Shown in pieces: positions 29,273 through 37,089 of a DNA stretch of 64,000 bases. The stretch covers positions 4,438 to 68,437 of the forward strand of contig CAYZWF010000006.1 in NCBI GenBank assembly GCA_964482135.1, read 5' to 3'. The translations under genes and the position numbers were made by a program. Below the pieces are notes generated by a model. That model searched no databases, had not been told where the DNA came from, and saw nothing but the letters and a program-made list of their open reading frames with translations. Position 1 is the first letter of the stretch. Every line of letters starts with the position of its first letter. Origin of the DNA: an uncultured Rhodospirillaceae bacterium (GTDB lineage: Bacteria > Pseudomonadota > Alphaproteobacteria > UBA11136).

Positions 29273-29734
29273 GTGCGTCTGTGGATTGCTGCCGTGGGCC
29301 GTGGGGGCCGCGCCGTCAGCAGCGGCGTCTATGAAGACTATGCGCGGCGGCTGAACTGGCCGCTGGAATTGCGCGAGGTGGACCTGCGCCAGACCCTGTC
29401 GCCGGAAAAACGAAAAATCCGTGAGTCCGAAAAGCTGTTGGCCGCGGTGCCCGAAGGGGCGGTGCTGGTGGCCCTGGATGAAAAGGGCAAGGCCCTTTCC
29501 AGCCGCGAGTTTGCGCTAAAGCTGGGGGGCTGGCGCGACGACGGCGTTGCCGATCTTGCCTTTCTCATCGGTGGCGCCGACGGGCTCGACCCAAGCATAA
29601 GAAAAAAGGCGGCGCTGGTGCTGTCCCTCGGCGCCATGACCTGGCCCCATCTTCTGGTGCGGGGCATGCTCGCCGAACAGCTGTACCGGGCGCAGTCCAT
29701 CCTCACCGGCCACCCCTATCACCGTGAGGGATAA
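29273..29734 (+). CDS. rlmH: 23S rRNA (pseudouridine1915-N3)-methyltransferase RlmH
   Basis: 154 aa SPOUT-fold protein with 'VALDEKGKALSSREFA' and 'FLIGGADGL'. GTG start at V55 of the track ORF. Confidence 0.85.
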   Translation: MRLWIAAVGRGGRAVSSGVYEDYARRLNWPLELREVDLRQTLSPEKRKIRESEKLLAAVPEGAVLVALDEKGKALSSREFALKLGGWRDDGVADLAFLIGGADGLDPSIRKKAALVLSLGAMTWPHLLVRGMLAEQLYRAQSILTGHPYHREG

Positions 29735-29752
29735 GGGAGTAAAAAACGGTCC

Positions 29753-30550
29753 ATGAAGCCGGAAATGTTTAGCATACATGCCGATGTGGAAGCCCGGCAC
29801 TGGTGGTTCGAGGCGCGCCGCCGCATCCTGTTTCCCCTCATTCGCCAGGTCATGGCGGGGCAGGAGGGCGAGATCATCGTCGATGTGGGTTGCGGCACGG
29901 GAGGGACCGTCGCCGCCCTCTGTAGAGAATACGATTGTGTGGGTATCGACGATTCGAAGCTGGCCATCGAAACCGCCGAGGCCGCCTATCCCCAGGCCAC
30001 CCATCCCCGGGGCGGCTTTCGCCTTGGCCGTATGCCCGATGACCTTCGCGACCTGGCTCCCCGCACGGGGCTCTATCTGCTCATGGATGTTCTCGAGCAT
30101 GTGGAGGACGACCGCGCCTTTCTTGCCGATCTCATCGCCCTGGCCCGGCCCGGCGCGCATATTCTGATTACGGTTCCCGCCGGCCCGCAGCTGTGGAGCC
30201 GCCACGACATTACCGCCGGGCATCTGCGCCGCTATGAACACGATACCCTTACATCCCTGTGGCGGAACCAAGGCGTTTCGCCGCGTCTGGTGACCTTCTT
30301 CAACAGCCGTCTCTATCCCTTGATCCGGCTGGCTCGATACGCGGGCAACCGCTTTGGGGCCTCCTGCGGACGCGAGGGCAGCGATTTCCATGTGCCGCCA
30401 CCGCCCGTTAATGCGCTTTTGGAGGGCATATTCGCCGGCGAAGGAGGCCGCATCCTCTCCCGCCTCGACCAGCCGGAAACGGCGGCCTATGAACACGGGG
30501 TCAGCCTGTTGGCGCTGATCCGATGTGCGGAATTGAACCGCTCCCCGTGA
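29753..30550 (+). CDS. Class I SAM-dependent methyltransferase
   Basis: 'IVDVGCGTGG' motif I. 265 aa. First gene of the sugar-tailoring cluster. Confidence 0.8.
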   Translation: MKPEMFSIHADVEARHWWFEARRRILFPLIRQVMAGQEGEIIVDVGCGTGGTVAALCREYDCVGIDDSKLAIETAEAAYPQATHPRGGFRLGRMPDDLRDLAPRTGLYLLMDVLEHVEDDRAFLADLIALARPGAHILITVPAGPQLWSRHDITAGHLRRYEHDTLTSLWRNQGVSPRLVTFFNSRLYPLIRLARYAGNRFGASCGREGSDFHVPPPPVNALLEGIFAGEGGRILSRLDQPETAAYEHGVSLLALIRCAELNRSP

Positions 30551-30617
30551 AATGCCATAAAAGACTTCTTGTTTCCCGCCCTCCGTTTCAGAAATTTTTC
30601 CCCATGGATATGAAGAT

Positions 30618-31052
30618 ATGGATGTGAAGATTGATCCGGTAACAGAAGAAGAAAAGGCAAGATGGCCCAAGGAGGTTATCGTCCCCCTGCTGGATCCCTT
30701 TGTGGATGCCCGTGGCGCTATCCAGCCGCTGGTGGACGAGGACATGAAGAGCTGTGTTCTCATTTCCTCCAAGAAAGGCACGGTGCGGGCCAACCACTAT
30801 CACAAGACTGACTGGCATTACTGTTACGTGCTGGTGGGAAAGATCGAATATTACCACCGCCCCACGGGAAGCGACGCGGCGCCAGAGAAAGTGATGGTGG
30901 AGGCGGGGCAGATGTTCTTCACGCCGCCCATGGTGGATCATTCCATGGTCTTTCCCGAGGAAGCGGTCTTCATCACCTGGGGGCGCAATTCCCGCCTTCA
31001 GGAGGTCTATGAAGCCGACGTGGTGCGTATCGATCCCATCGAGCCGTCATGA
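30618..31052 (+). CDS. Small cupin, WxcM/FdtA-like sugar 3,4-ketoisomerase (tentative; an RmlC-type epimerase is not excluded)
   Basis: 144 aa with 'HYHKTDWHYCYVLVGKIEY' cupin motifs. Size and context match NDP-keto-sugar isomerases. Confidence 0.5.
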   Translation: MDVKIDPVTEEEKARWPKEVIVPLLDPFVDARGAIQPLVDEDMKSCVLISSKKGTVRANHYHKTDWHYCYVLVGKIEYYHRPTGSDAAPEKVMVEAGQMFFTPPMVDHSMVFPEEAVFITWGRNSRLQEVYEADVVRIDPIEPS

Positions 31053-32302
31053 ACGATGCCGCCGGCGCTTGCCGCCGTCGCGCCACATGCAGACTGTGCG
31101 ACAGTGGCGACCTCTCCCTTGTCCTGTCTTTAACGCCGACGCCGCCGGCAAACGCCTTCGTCACCGCCGCCGGTCTGGACACGTCCCAGGAATGTTTCCC
31201 GCTCGATCTGCATCTCTGTGGCGAGTGCGGCCATCTCCAGCTTCTCCACGTGGTGGACCCGTCCGTGCTGTTCGCCGATTACGTCTATGTGTCGGGAACC
31301 TCACCTTCCTTCGTCGCCCATTTCGAGAATTATGCCGCAAGCATTATGGAAACCTACCAGCCGCCGCCCGGCGCCCTGGTGGTGGACATCGGCTCCAACG
31401 ACGGCACCCTGCTGCGCTTCTTTCAACAAGCGGGAATGGCCGTTCAGGGCGTCGATCCGGCGCGTGATATTGCGCGTGCCGCGTCGGAGGCGGGAATCGA
31501 GACCCTCAACGCCTTTTTCGATGCCGCTCTGGCCGCGCAAATCCGCGAGGATAAAGGCGCCGCCGCCGTGGTCACGGCCAATAACGTGTTCGCCCATATT
31601 GATGATCTGGCGGGCGTGGTAGCCGGCGTGCGGGTGCTTCTCGACGACGGTGGCGTGTTCGTCTTCGAGGTTTCCTATCTTGCCGACGTGCTGGAGAAGA
31701 CCCTGTTCGACACCATCTATCACGAGCATCTTTCCTATCACGGGGTGGCGCCGCTGGTGTCTTTCTTCGCCGCCAACGGTATGGAACTCATCGCCGCCGA
31801 GCGGGTGGATACCCATGGCGGCAGCCTGCGCGGCGTGGCCCAGCTTGCCGGTGGCGCCCGCCCGGTGGCGGCATCGGTGGCGGCCTGTCTGGATTTGGAG
31901 GATCGCCTTGGTTTGGGGAAGCCTGAGACCTTTCATGAATTTGCGCGGCGCATTGACGCCCTCAAGACATCTTTGCGCGACCTGTTGGCGGGGCTGAAGG
32001 CCGAGGGGCGGTCCATCTCCGGTTACGGCGCGCCGGCCAAGGCCACCACCCTGATGTATCATTTCGGCCTCGGCCCCGATATCATCGACTTCATCGTCGA
32101 TGACAGCCCCTTGAAACAGGGCCTTTATTCACCCGGCCTGCATGTTCCGGTGCTCCCCTCGGGGGCCATAACCGAACACAGGCCCGATTATCTGTTAATC
32201 CTGGCGTGGAATTTTGCCCAACCCATCATGGCCAATAATTCGGCATTTCATGAGGCGGGGGGGCGTTTCATCATTCCCGTTCCCGAACTGGAAGTAGTGT
32301 AA
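31049..32302 (+). CDS. NDP-hexose/pentose C-methyltransferase (TylCIII/NovU-like, with N-terminal zinc ribbon)
   Basis: CxxC…CxxC ('CRLCDSG…CGECGH'), then class I MT motif 'VVDIGSNDG' and C-terminal domain 'YHEHLSYH'. Start overlaps the previous stop (ATGA). Confidence 0.75.
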   Translation: MNDAAGACRRRATCRLCDSGDLSLVLSLTPTPPANAFVTAAGLDTSQECFPLDLHLCGECGHLQLLHVVDPSVLFADYVYVSGTSPSFVAHFENYAASIMETYQPPPGALVVDIGSNDGTLLRFFQQAGMAVQGVDPARDIARAASEAGIETLNAFFDAALAAQIREDKGAAAVVTANNVFAHIDDLAGVVAGVRVLLDDGGVFVFEVSYLADVLEKTLFDTIYHEHLSYHGVAPLVSFFAANGMELIAAERVDTHGGSLRGVAQLAGGARPVAASVAACLDLEDRLGLGKPETFHEFARRIDALKTSLRDLLAGLKAEGRSISGYGAPAKATTLMYHFGLGPDIIDFIVDDSPLKQGLYSPGLHVPVLPSGAITEHRPDYLLILAWNFAQPIMANNSAFHEAGGRFIIPVPELEVV

Positions 32303-32305
32303 AAT

Positions 32306-33364
32306 ATGAAGGGTTCTTATCTCGACAGCGATATCGCGGAAATTGCCGGCCGTCTCGGCGAACGGGCGGACATGCTTGCCGGCAAGACGGTGCTTTTGAC
32401 CGGCGCGCGGGGGTTTCTCGGCCGTTACTTCACCAGGGTTTTCGCCCATCTCAACGAACACAGGCTGGACAAACCCTGTTCCGTGATCGCGCTCGACAAC
32501 CTGATCACCTCCGGCGTGGCCGGGGAAACCATCCCCGATATTCCCAATTTCGAATTTCTCCGCCATGACGTGACCGAACCCTTCACGCCTGATGGCAAGG
32601 TGGATTTCGTGGTTCACGCGGCGGGTATCGCCAGCCCCTTCCATTATCGCGCCCACCCCATGGAAACGCTGGAAGTGGCTATCTGGGGCACCCGCAACAT
32701 GCTGGATGTGGCGCGCCGTGACGACGCCAGCTTTACCTTCTTTTCATCAAGCGAGATTTATGGTGACCCCGATCCCCGCCACGTGCCGTCGCCGGAAAGC
32801 TATCGCGGTAACGTGGCGAGCCAGGGGCCGCGCGCCTGTTACGACGAGAGCAAACGCGTCGGCGAGACCCTGTGCTACATCTATCACGAGTATCACGGGG
32901 TCCATACCAACATCATCCGCCCCTTCAACGTATTTGGCCCCGGCATGCAGAAGACCGACTACCGGGTGTTGCCTAATTTCGCCGCCCATATTCAGGAAGG
33001 CGAGCCCCTTAACGTCTATGGCAGCGGCACCCAGACCCGCACCTTCTGTTACATCACCGACGCCATGGTGGGATTTCTGCTCACCGTTCTCTCCGGCGTG
33101 CCTGGCGAAACCTATAATATCGGTAATCCCAAGCCAGAGATTTCCATGCTCGATCTGGTGGGGCGGGTGACGAACGTTCTCGGGCGCGAGATACCCCACA
33201 ATGTGATCGAGCATCCCGACAGCTATCCCGCCGACGAGCCCAACCGCCGCTGTCCCGATATCCGCAAGGCGGAACTCCAGCTCGACTACACGCCGAAGGT
33301 GGAGCTGGATGACGGCCTGTCGCGTTTTTTCACCTGGGCGGACAAATTTTATGCGGGGCCCTAG
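32306..33364 (+). CDS. NAD-dependent epimerase/dehydratase, UDP-glucuronate decarboxylase (UXS/ArnA-C)-like
   Basis: 'VLLTGARGFLG' and catalytic 'YDESKRVGE' (Y-x3-K). Extended SDR of 352 aa. Confidence 0.8.
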   Translation: MKGSYLDSDIAEIAGRLGERADMLAGKTVLLTGARGFLGRYFTRVFAHLNEHRLDKPCSVIALDNLITSGVAGETIPDIPNFEFLRHDVTEPFTPDGKVDFVVHAAGIASPFHYRAHPMETLEVAIWGTRNMLDVARRDDASFTFFSSSEIYGDPDPRHVPSPESYRGNVASQGPRACYDESKRVGETLCYIYHEYHGVHTNIIRPFNVFGPGMQKTDYRVLPNFAAHIQEGEPLNVYGSGTQTRTFCYITDAMVGFLLTVLSGVPGETYNIGNPKPEISMLDLVGRVTNVLGREIPHNVIEHPDSYPADEPNRRCPDIRKAELQLDYTPKVELDDGLSRFFTWADKFYAGP

Positions 33365-33396
33365 GGGTCACAGAGGCCTGCGGGACGGAGGCAGGG

Positions 33397-34344
33397 ATGC
33401 CTGAGTTGCGGCTTGGCCTGATCGGCGCCGGGCGCTGGGGCCGCGTCTACATGAATACACTGGACGACATGGCGGGTGTGACCTTAAGCGCGCTCGCCAG
33501 TTCCAACCCCCACAGCCGTGATTTGGCGGGCGAAGATGTGGCCGTCCACGAGGACTGGCGGGATCTTATCAAGGCCGGCGGCGTGGACGGGATCATCGTC
33601 GCCACGCCGCCCGCGACCCATGCCGAGATCGTCGGCGCGGCGCTGGAAGCCGGGCTGCCGGTTCTGGTGGAAAAACCGCTGACCCTGGACGTGGACGAGG
33701 CCCGGGCGCTTTGCGATCTGGCCCAAGCAAGGGACGGCCTGGTGATGGTGGATCATATCCATCTCTTCAGCCCCGCCTTTCGTGCCCTGAAACGCGAAGC
33801 AGCCAAGCTGGGCCCGCTGCGCCGCATGGAATCCGAGGCCGGCAGCCAGGGTCCCTTCCGCAAGGCGACGCCGGTTTTGTGGGATTGGGGCGCCCATGAT
33901 ATCTCCATGTGCCTCGATCTCATGGGTGAAGCGCCCTCGGAGATCTCCGCGCGTTGTCTGGAGATGCGGGAAACCGGGGAAGGCTCCGGCGCGGTCTTCG
34001 ATCTGCGCCTTGAATTTGCCGATGAAACAACAGCGGGGATACGCATCGGCAATCTGCTGCCCGGAAAACGACGGCGTTTCTGTGCCGCCTTCGATGCCGG
34101 GATTCTGGTTTATGACGATCTGGCGGCGGACAAGCTGACCTTGGTTCCCACATCCCCCTCTCCAGAGGCCGAAATACGCGCCATCGCCGTGACGCCCGAC
34201 CTGCCCCTGACCTGCGCGGTCAGGGAATTCACGGAAGCTATTACCTCCGGTTCGCGCTCGCGGGAGAGCCTGCAATTGGGACTTTCGGTGGTGGAGACCC
34301 TGGCTAGGTGCGAGGCGGCGCTGGAGGGGTCACAGCCGGAATAA
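33397..34344 (+). CDS. Gfo/Idh/MocA-family NAD(P)-dependent oxidoreductase
   Basis: 'LRLGLIGAGRWGRVY' Rossmann N-terminus and 'EKPLTL' motif. Confidence 0.8.
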   Translation: MPELRLGLIGAGRWGRVYMNTLDDMAGVTLSALASSNPHSRDLAGEDVAVHEDWRDLIKAGGVDGIIVATPPATHAEIVGAALEAGLPVLVEKPLTLDVDEARALCDLAQARDGLVMVDHIHLFSPAFRALKREAAKLGPLRRMESEAGSQGPFRKATPVLWDWGAHDISMCLDLMGEAPSEISARCLEMRETGEGSGAVFDLRLEFADETTAGIRIGNLLPGKRRRFCAAFDAGILVYDDLAADKLTLVPTSPSPEAEIRAIAVTPDLPLTCAVREFTEAITSGSRSRESLQLGLSVVETLARCEAALEGSQPE

Positions 34345-34530
34345 AGGTCAGGGCTATGGCGTTGATATGCCCCGCCGTTTTCCCTAAAGTAGCGGCGCCG
34401 GATCAGGGCTCGATTTAAAGTTTTTTGTGTGGTTTTCAGGCGTTTCCGGACCAATATTCAGATATATTACGGAAGAAACTCAGATCGGGGGCTGTGTCGG
34501 GACCGCCTCCGGAATTTACGAGTAGGGTGC

Positions 34531-35988
34531 ATGAAGGTTCTTCTTATATTCAAGGATTCCGTTGCCGTGGAACGCATGGCGATTTGCTATATCAGCTCAG
34601 CGCTGAAGGCGGCCGGAAATGATGTAAAGCTCTGGATTATGAACGTGAATCCGCCTGAGCGGCTTCACGAATATATGTCGGAATACAGGCCAGATATTGT
34701 CGGCTATTCCTCCATGACCGGGGAACATATCCCGCTGGCGGCCTTGAATCGGGAACTGAAGGAACAATACGATTTCTTCTCCGTATTCGGCGGGCCTCAC
34801 GCCACATTCGTTCCCGATTTCATCGAAGAAGAGGTCTCGGTGGATGCCGCATGCACCGGTGAAGGCGATCTCGTGTTTCCGGAATTATGCCGAAGAATGG
34901 AGGCGGGCGAGGAATACTGGCTGACTCCCACGTTCGACGTTCGCTATGAGGGAAAGATACATAGAAACCTCTTGGGTGATCTGACGCCCACCCTTGAGAC
35001 GCTTGATGATCCCGACCGCCAGATTCTCTATGACGCCGATCCCAGGCTGGGCAAGCTGGGAACCAAGTATTTCATGGCCGCCCGCGGTTGCCCCTACAAA
35101 TGCTCGTACTGTTTCAATGTGAAATACAACGAAAACTACAAGGGCAAGGGAAAGGTGGTGCGTTGCCGCACCCCGCGTCAGGTGATTGATGAAATCAAGT
35201 GGGTCATGGAGCGCTACCCCTTAGACCATGTGTCGTTCCTCGACGATCTGTTCATTCTCAAGCCCAAGGAATGGCTGGTGGAATTTTCGCGGTTGTTCAA
35301 GGAAGAAGTCGGTCTGCAATGGTCTTGCACGGTGCGGGCCAACACCGCCAATCTCGGCGGTGAGACCACCATTTCCATGCTCAGCGATTCGGGGCTTTCC
35401 TGGGTGTGGATGGGCGTGGAATGCGGTGACCAGAAGGTGGCCAATGAAATTCTGGTGAGAGACCTCACCAATGACGAGATCACCCAGGCCACGCAGCTTT
35501 TGCACAAATACAATGTGGGGACCATCGCCCAGAATATTTTAGGCTTGCCGGTTCCCGATCCCATCAAGACGGATTTGGTCACACTGGACTTCAATATCGA
35601 CCTTCGGCCCTCTCTGGGGCATCCGTCCATTCTCTACCCCTATCCGGGATCACCCATCGAGACCTATTCCCGCGAACACGGTTATCTGGAAGGCGAGCCC
35701 GAGTATATGGAAACGACGAAACGTTCTTCCATGCTGAAGTTCTCCTCAGAGAATGACAAACATAAGATCGAGAACCTGCACAAGCTTTTCGGCATTATTG
35801 TCCGCTTCCCCGTCCTTCGGCCCTATACGGAATTCCTGATCAGCCTGCCTCTAACGCCTCTGTACCGGGCTGTTTTCTACCTGTGGTACGGGTATTGTTT
35901 CAAAATCAAACTGGCCAAGATCAAGAGGCTCCATAAGGAAATTCCCTATTTTACGGGCCTCTTTTTCAGGATGCTGGCCAAGTCGTAA
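34531..35988 (+). CDS. B12-binding domain radical SAM enzyme (class B radical SAM methyltransferase-like)
   Basis: N-terminal B12-binding-like fold, then a 'CPYKCSYC' CxxxCxxC cluster. AT-rich, about 50% GC. Start is M35 of the track ORF. Confidence 0.75.
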   Translation: MKVLLIFKDSVAVERMAICYISSALKAAGNDVKLWIMNVNPPERLHEYMSEYRPDIVGYSSMTGEHIPLAALNRELKEQYDFFSVFGGPHATFVPDFIEEEVSVDAACTGEGDLVFPELCRRMEAGEEYWLTPTFDVRYEGKIHRNLLGDLTPTLETLDDPDRQILYDADPRLGKLGTKYFMAARGCPYKCSYCFNVKYNENYKGKGKVVRCRTPRQVIDEIKWVMERYPLDHVSFLDDLFILKPKEWLVEFSRLFKEEVGLQWSCTVRANTANLGGETTISMLSDSGLSWVWMGVECGDQKVANEILVRDLTNDEITQATQLLHKYNVGTIAQNILGLPVPDPIKTDLVTLDFNIDLRPSLGHPSILYPYPGSPIETYSREHGYLEGEPEYMETTKRSSMLKFSSENDKHKIENLHKLFGIIVRFPVLRPYTEFLISLPLTPLYRAVFYLWYGYCFKIKLAKIKRLHKEIPYFTGLFFRMLAKS

Positions 35989-36105
35989 ACGCCTCCCTCT
36001 CCCGGTCTCCCCCATTGGGGCGACGGTGTGGTCCTTGCCCCCCCGCCTGTGATCAGGTACTAATTCTGGCGCACCAGCACCGCCTGAATCAAAGGGCTTT
36101 ACGCC

Positions 36106-37089
36106 ATGCCTTCTTCCTTTGCCGGGAAATCCGTCGTCATCCTTACCGCACAGTATAATGACTGGGTTTCCCTCGGCCATCTGCTTCCCCTCATCGACGA
36201 AAATCTAGCTCCCCTGGGGGTAGAGGCCCGGGTAGTGGTGGTGGATGATGGCTCCATTGATTCCGATGGCAAGGAATTGCTGGGCGGTCTTTCGCTCAAG
36301 GCGATCGAGTCCATCGAGGAAGTGGTGCTGGGGGATAACCAGGGGAATCAGCGGGCCATGGCCATTGGCCTGGCTCATGTGGCGGAGCATTACGACTGTG
36401 ACTATCTGTTGCTCATTGACAGCGATTTTGAAGACAACCCCGAATATATCCCGCAACTGCTCGAGGCCTGCCGTTCCGGTGGGGACAAGGAAATCATGTT
36501 TGCCGAACGCTCCAAGCGCTCGGAAGGGATGCTCTTTCTCTTTTTCTACAAGCTTTACCAGAAAATCTATAAAGCCTTCACCCGGCACAATATCGCCGTG
36601 GGTAATTTCAGCGTAGTGCCGGGGCATCTGATCCGCCGTCTCGCCCATGTGGGGGAGTTGTGGAACCATTTGCCCGCCAGCATCATGCGTTCCGGGCTGC
36701 CGTTTTCTTCCATTCCCACCCTGCGCGGAAAACGCCTCTACGGTAAAAGCAGCATGAATCTGGTGCGGCTGGTGGTCCATGCTTTCAGCGCATTTACCAT
36801 TTTCGCCGATGTATTTGCGGTGCGGTTGATCCTGTGGACGCTGGGGCTGGTATTTTTATTTGTTCTGGGCGGCGTGGTTCTGGTGGGGCTCAAATTCGGC
36901 GCCGGGGTGGCGGCTCTGGGCTGGCCTTCGCAGATGGTGGGACTGCTTCTTGTTATTCTGCTCCAGGTTCTCGGCATGTCCGTGATTCTGTTATTTCTGG
37001 CCTTGTCCATGCGTCTGAAGCCGCCCATGATTCCGGCCCATGATTACGGAAAATTCATCTACGAGGTGAACCGGCTCTACCCGTCATGA
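36106..37089 (+). CDS. GT2 polyprenyl-phosphate sugar synthase (ArnC/GtrB/CsbB/DPM1-like) with C-terminal TM anchor
   Basis: 'VVVVDDGSIDS', 'LLLIDSDFEDNPEYIP' and two C-terminal TM helices. Confidence 0.8.
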   Translation: MPSSFAGKSVVILTAQYNDWVSLGHLLPLIDENLAPLGVEARVVVVDDGSIDSDGKELLGGLSLKAIESIEEVVLGDNQGNQRAMAIGLAHVAEHYDCDYLLLIDSDFEDNPEYIPQLLEACRSGGDKEIMFAERSKRSEGMLFLFFYKLYQKIYKAFTRHNIAVGNFSVVPGHLIRRLAHVGELWNHLPASIMRSGLPFSSIPTLRGKRLYGKSSMNLVRLVVHAFSAFTIFADVFAVRLILWTLGLVFLFVLGGVVLVGLKFGAGVAALGWPSQMVGLLLVILLQVLGMSVILLFLALSMRLKPPMIPAHDYGKFIYEVNRLYPS

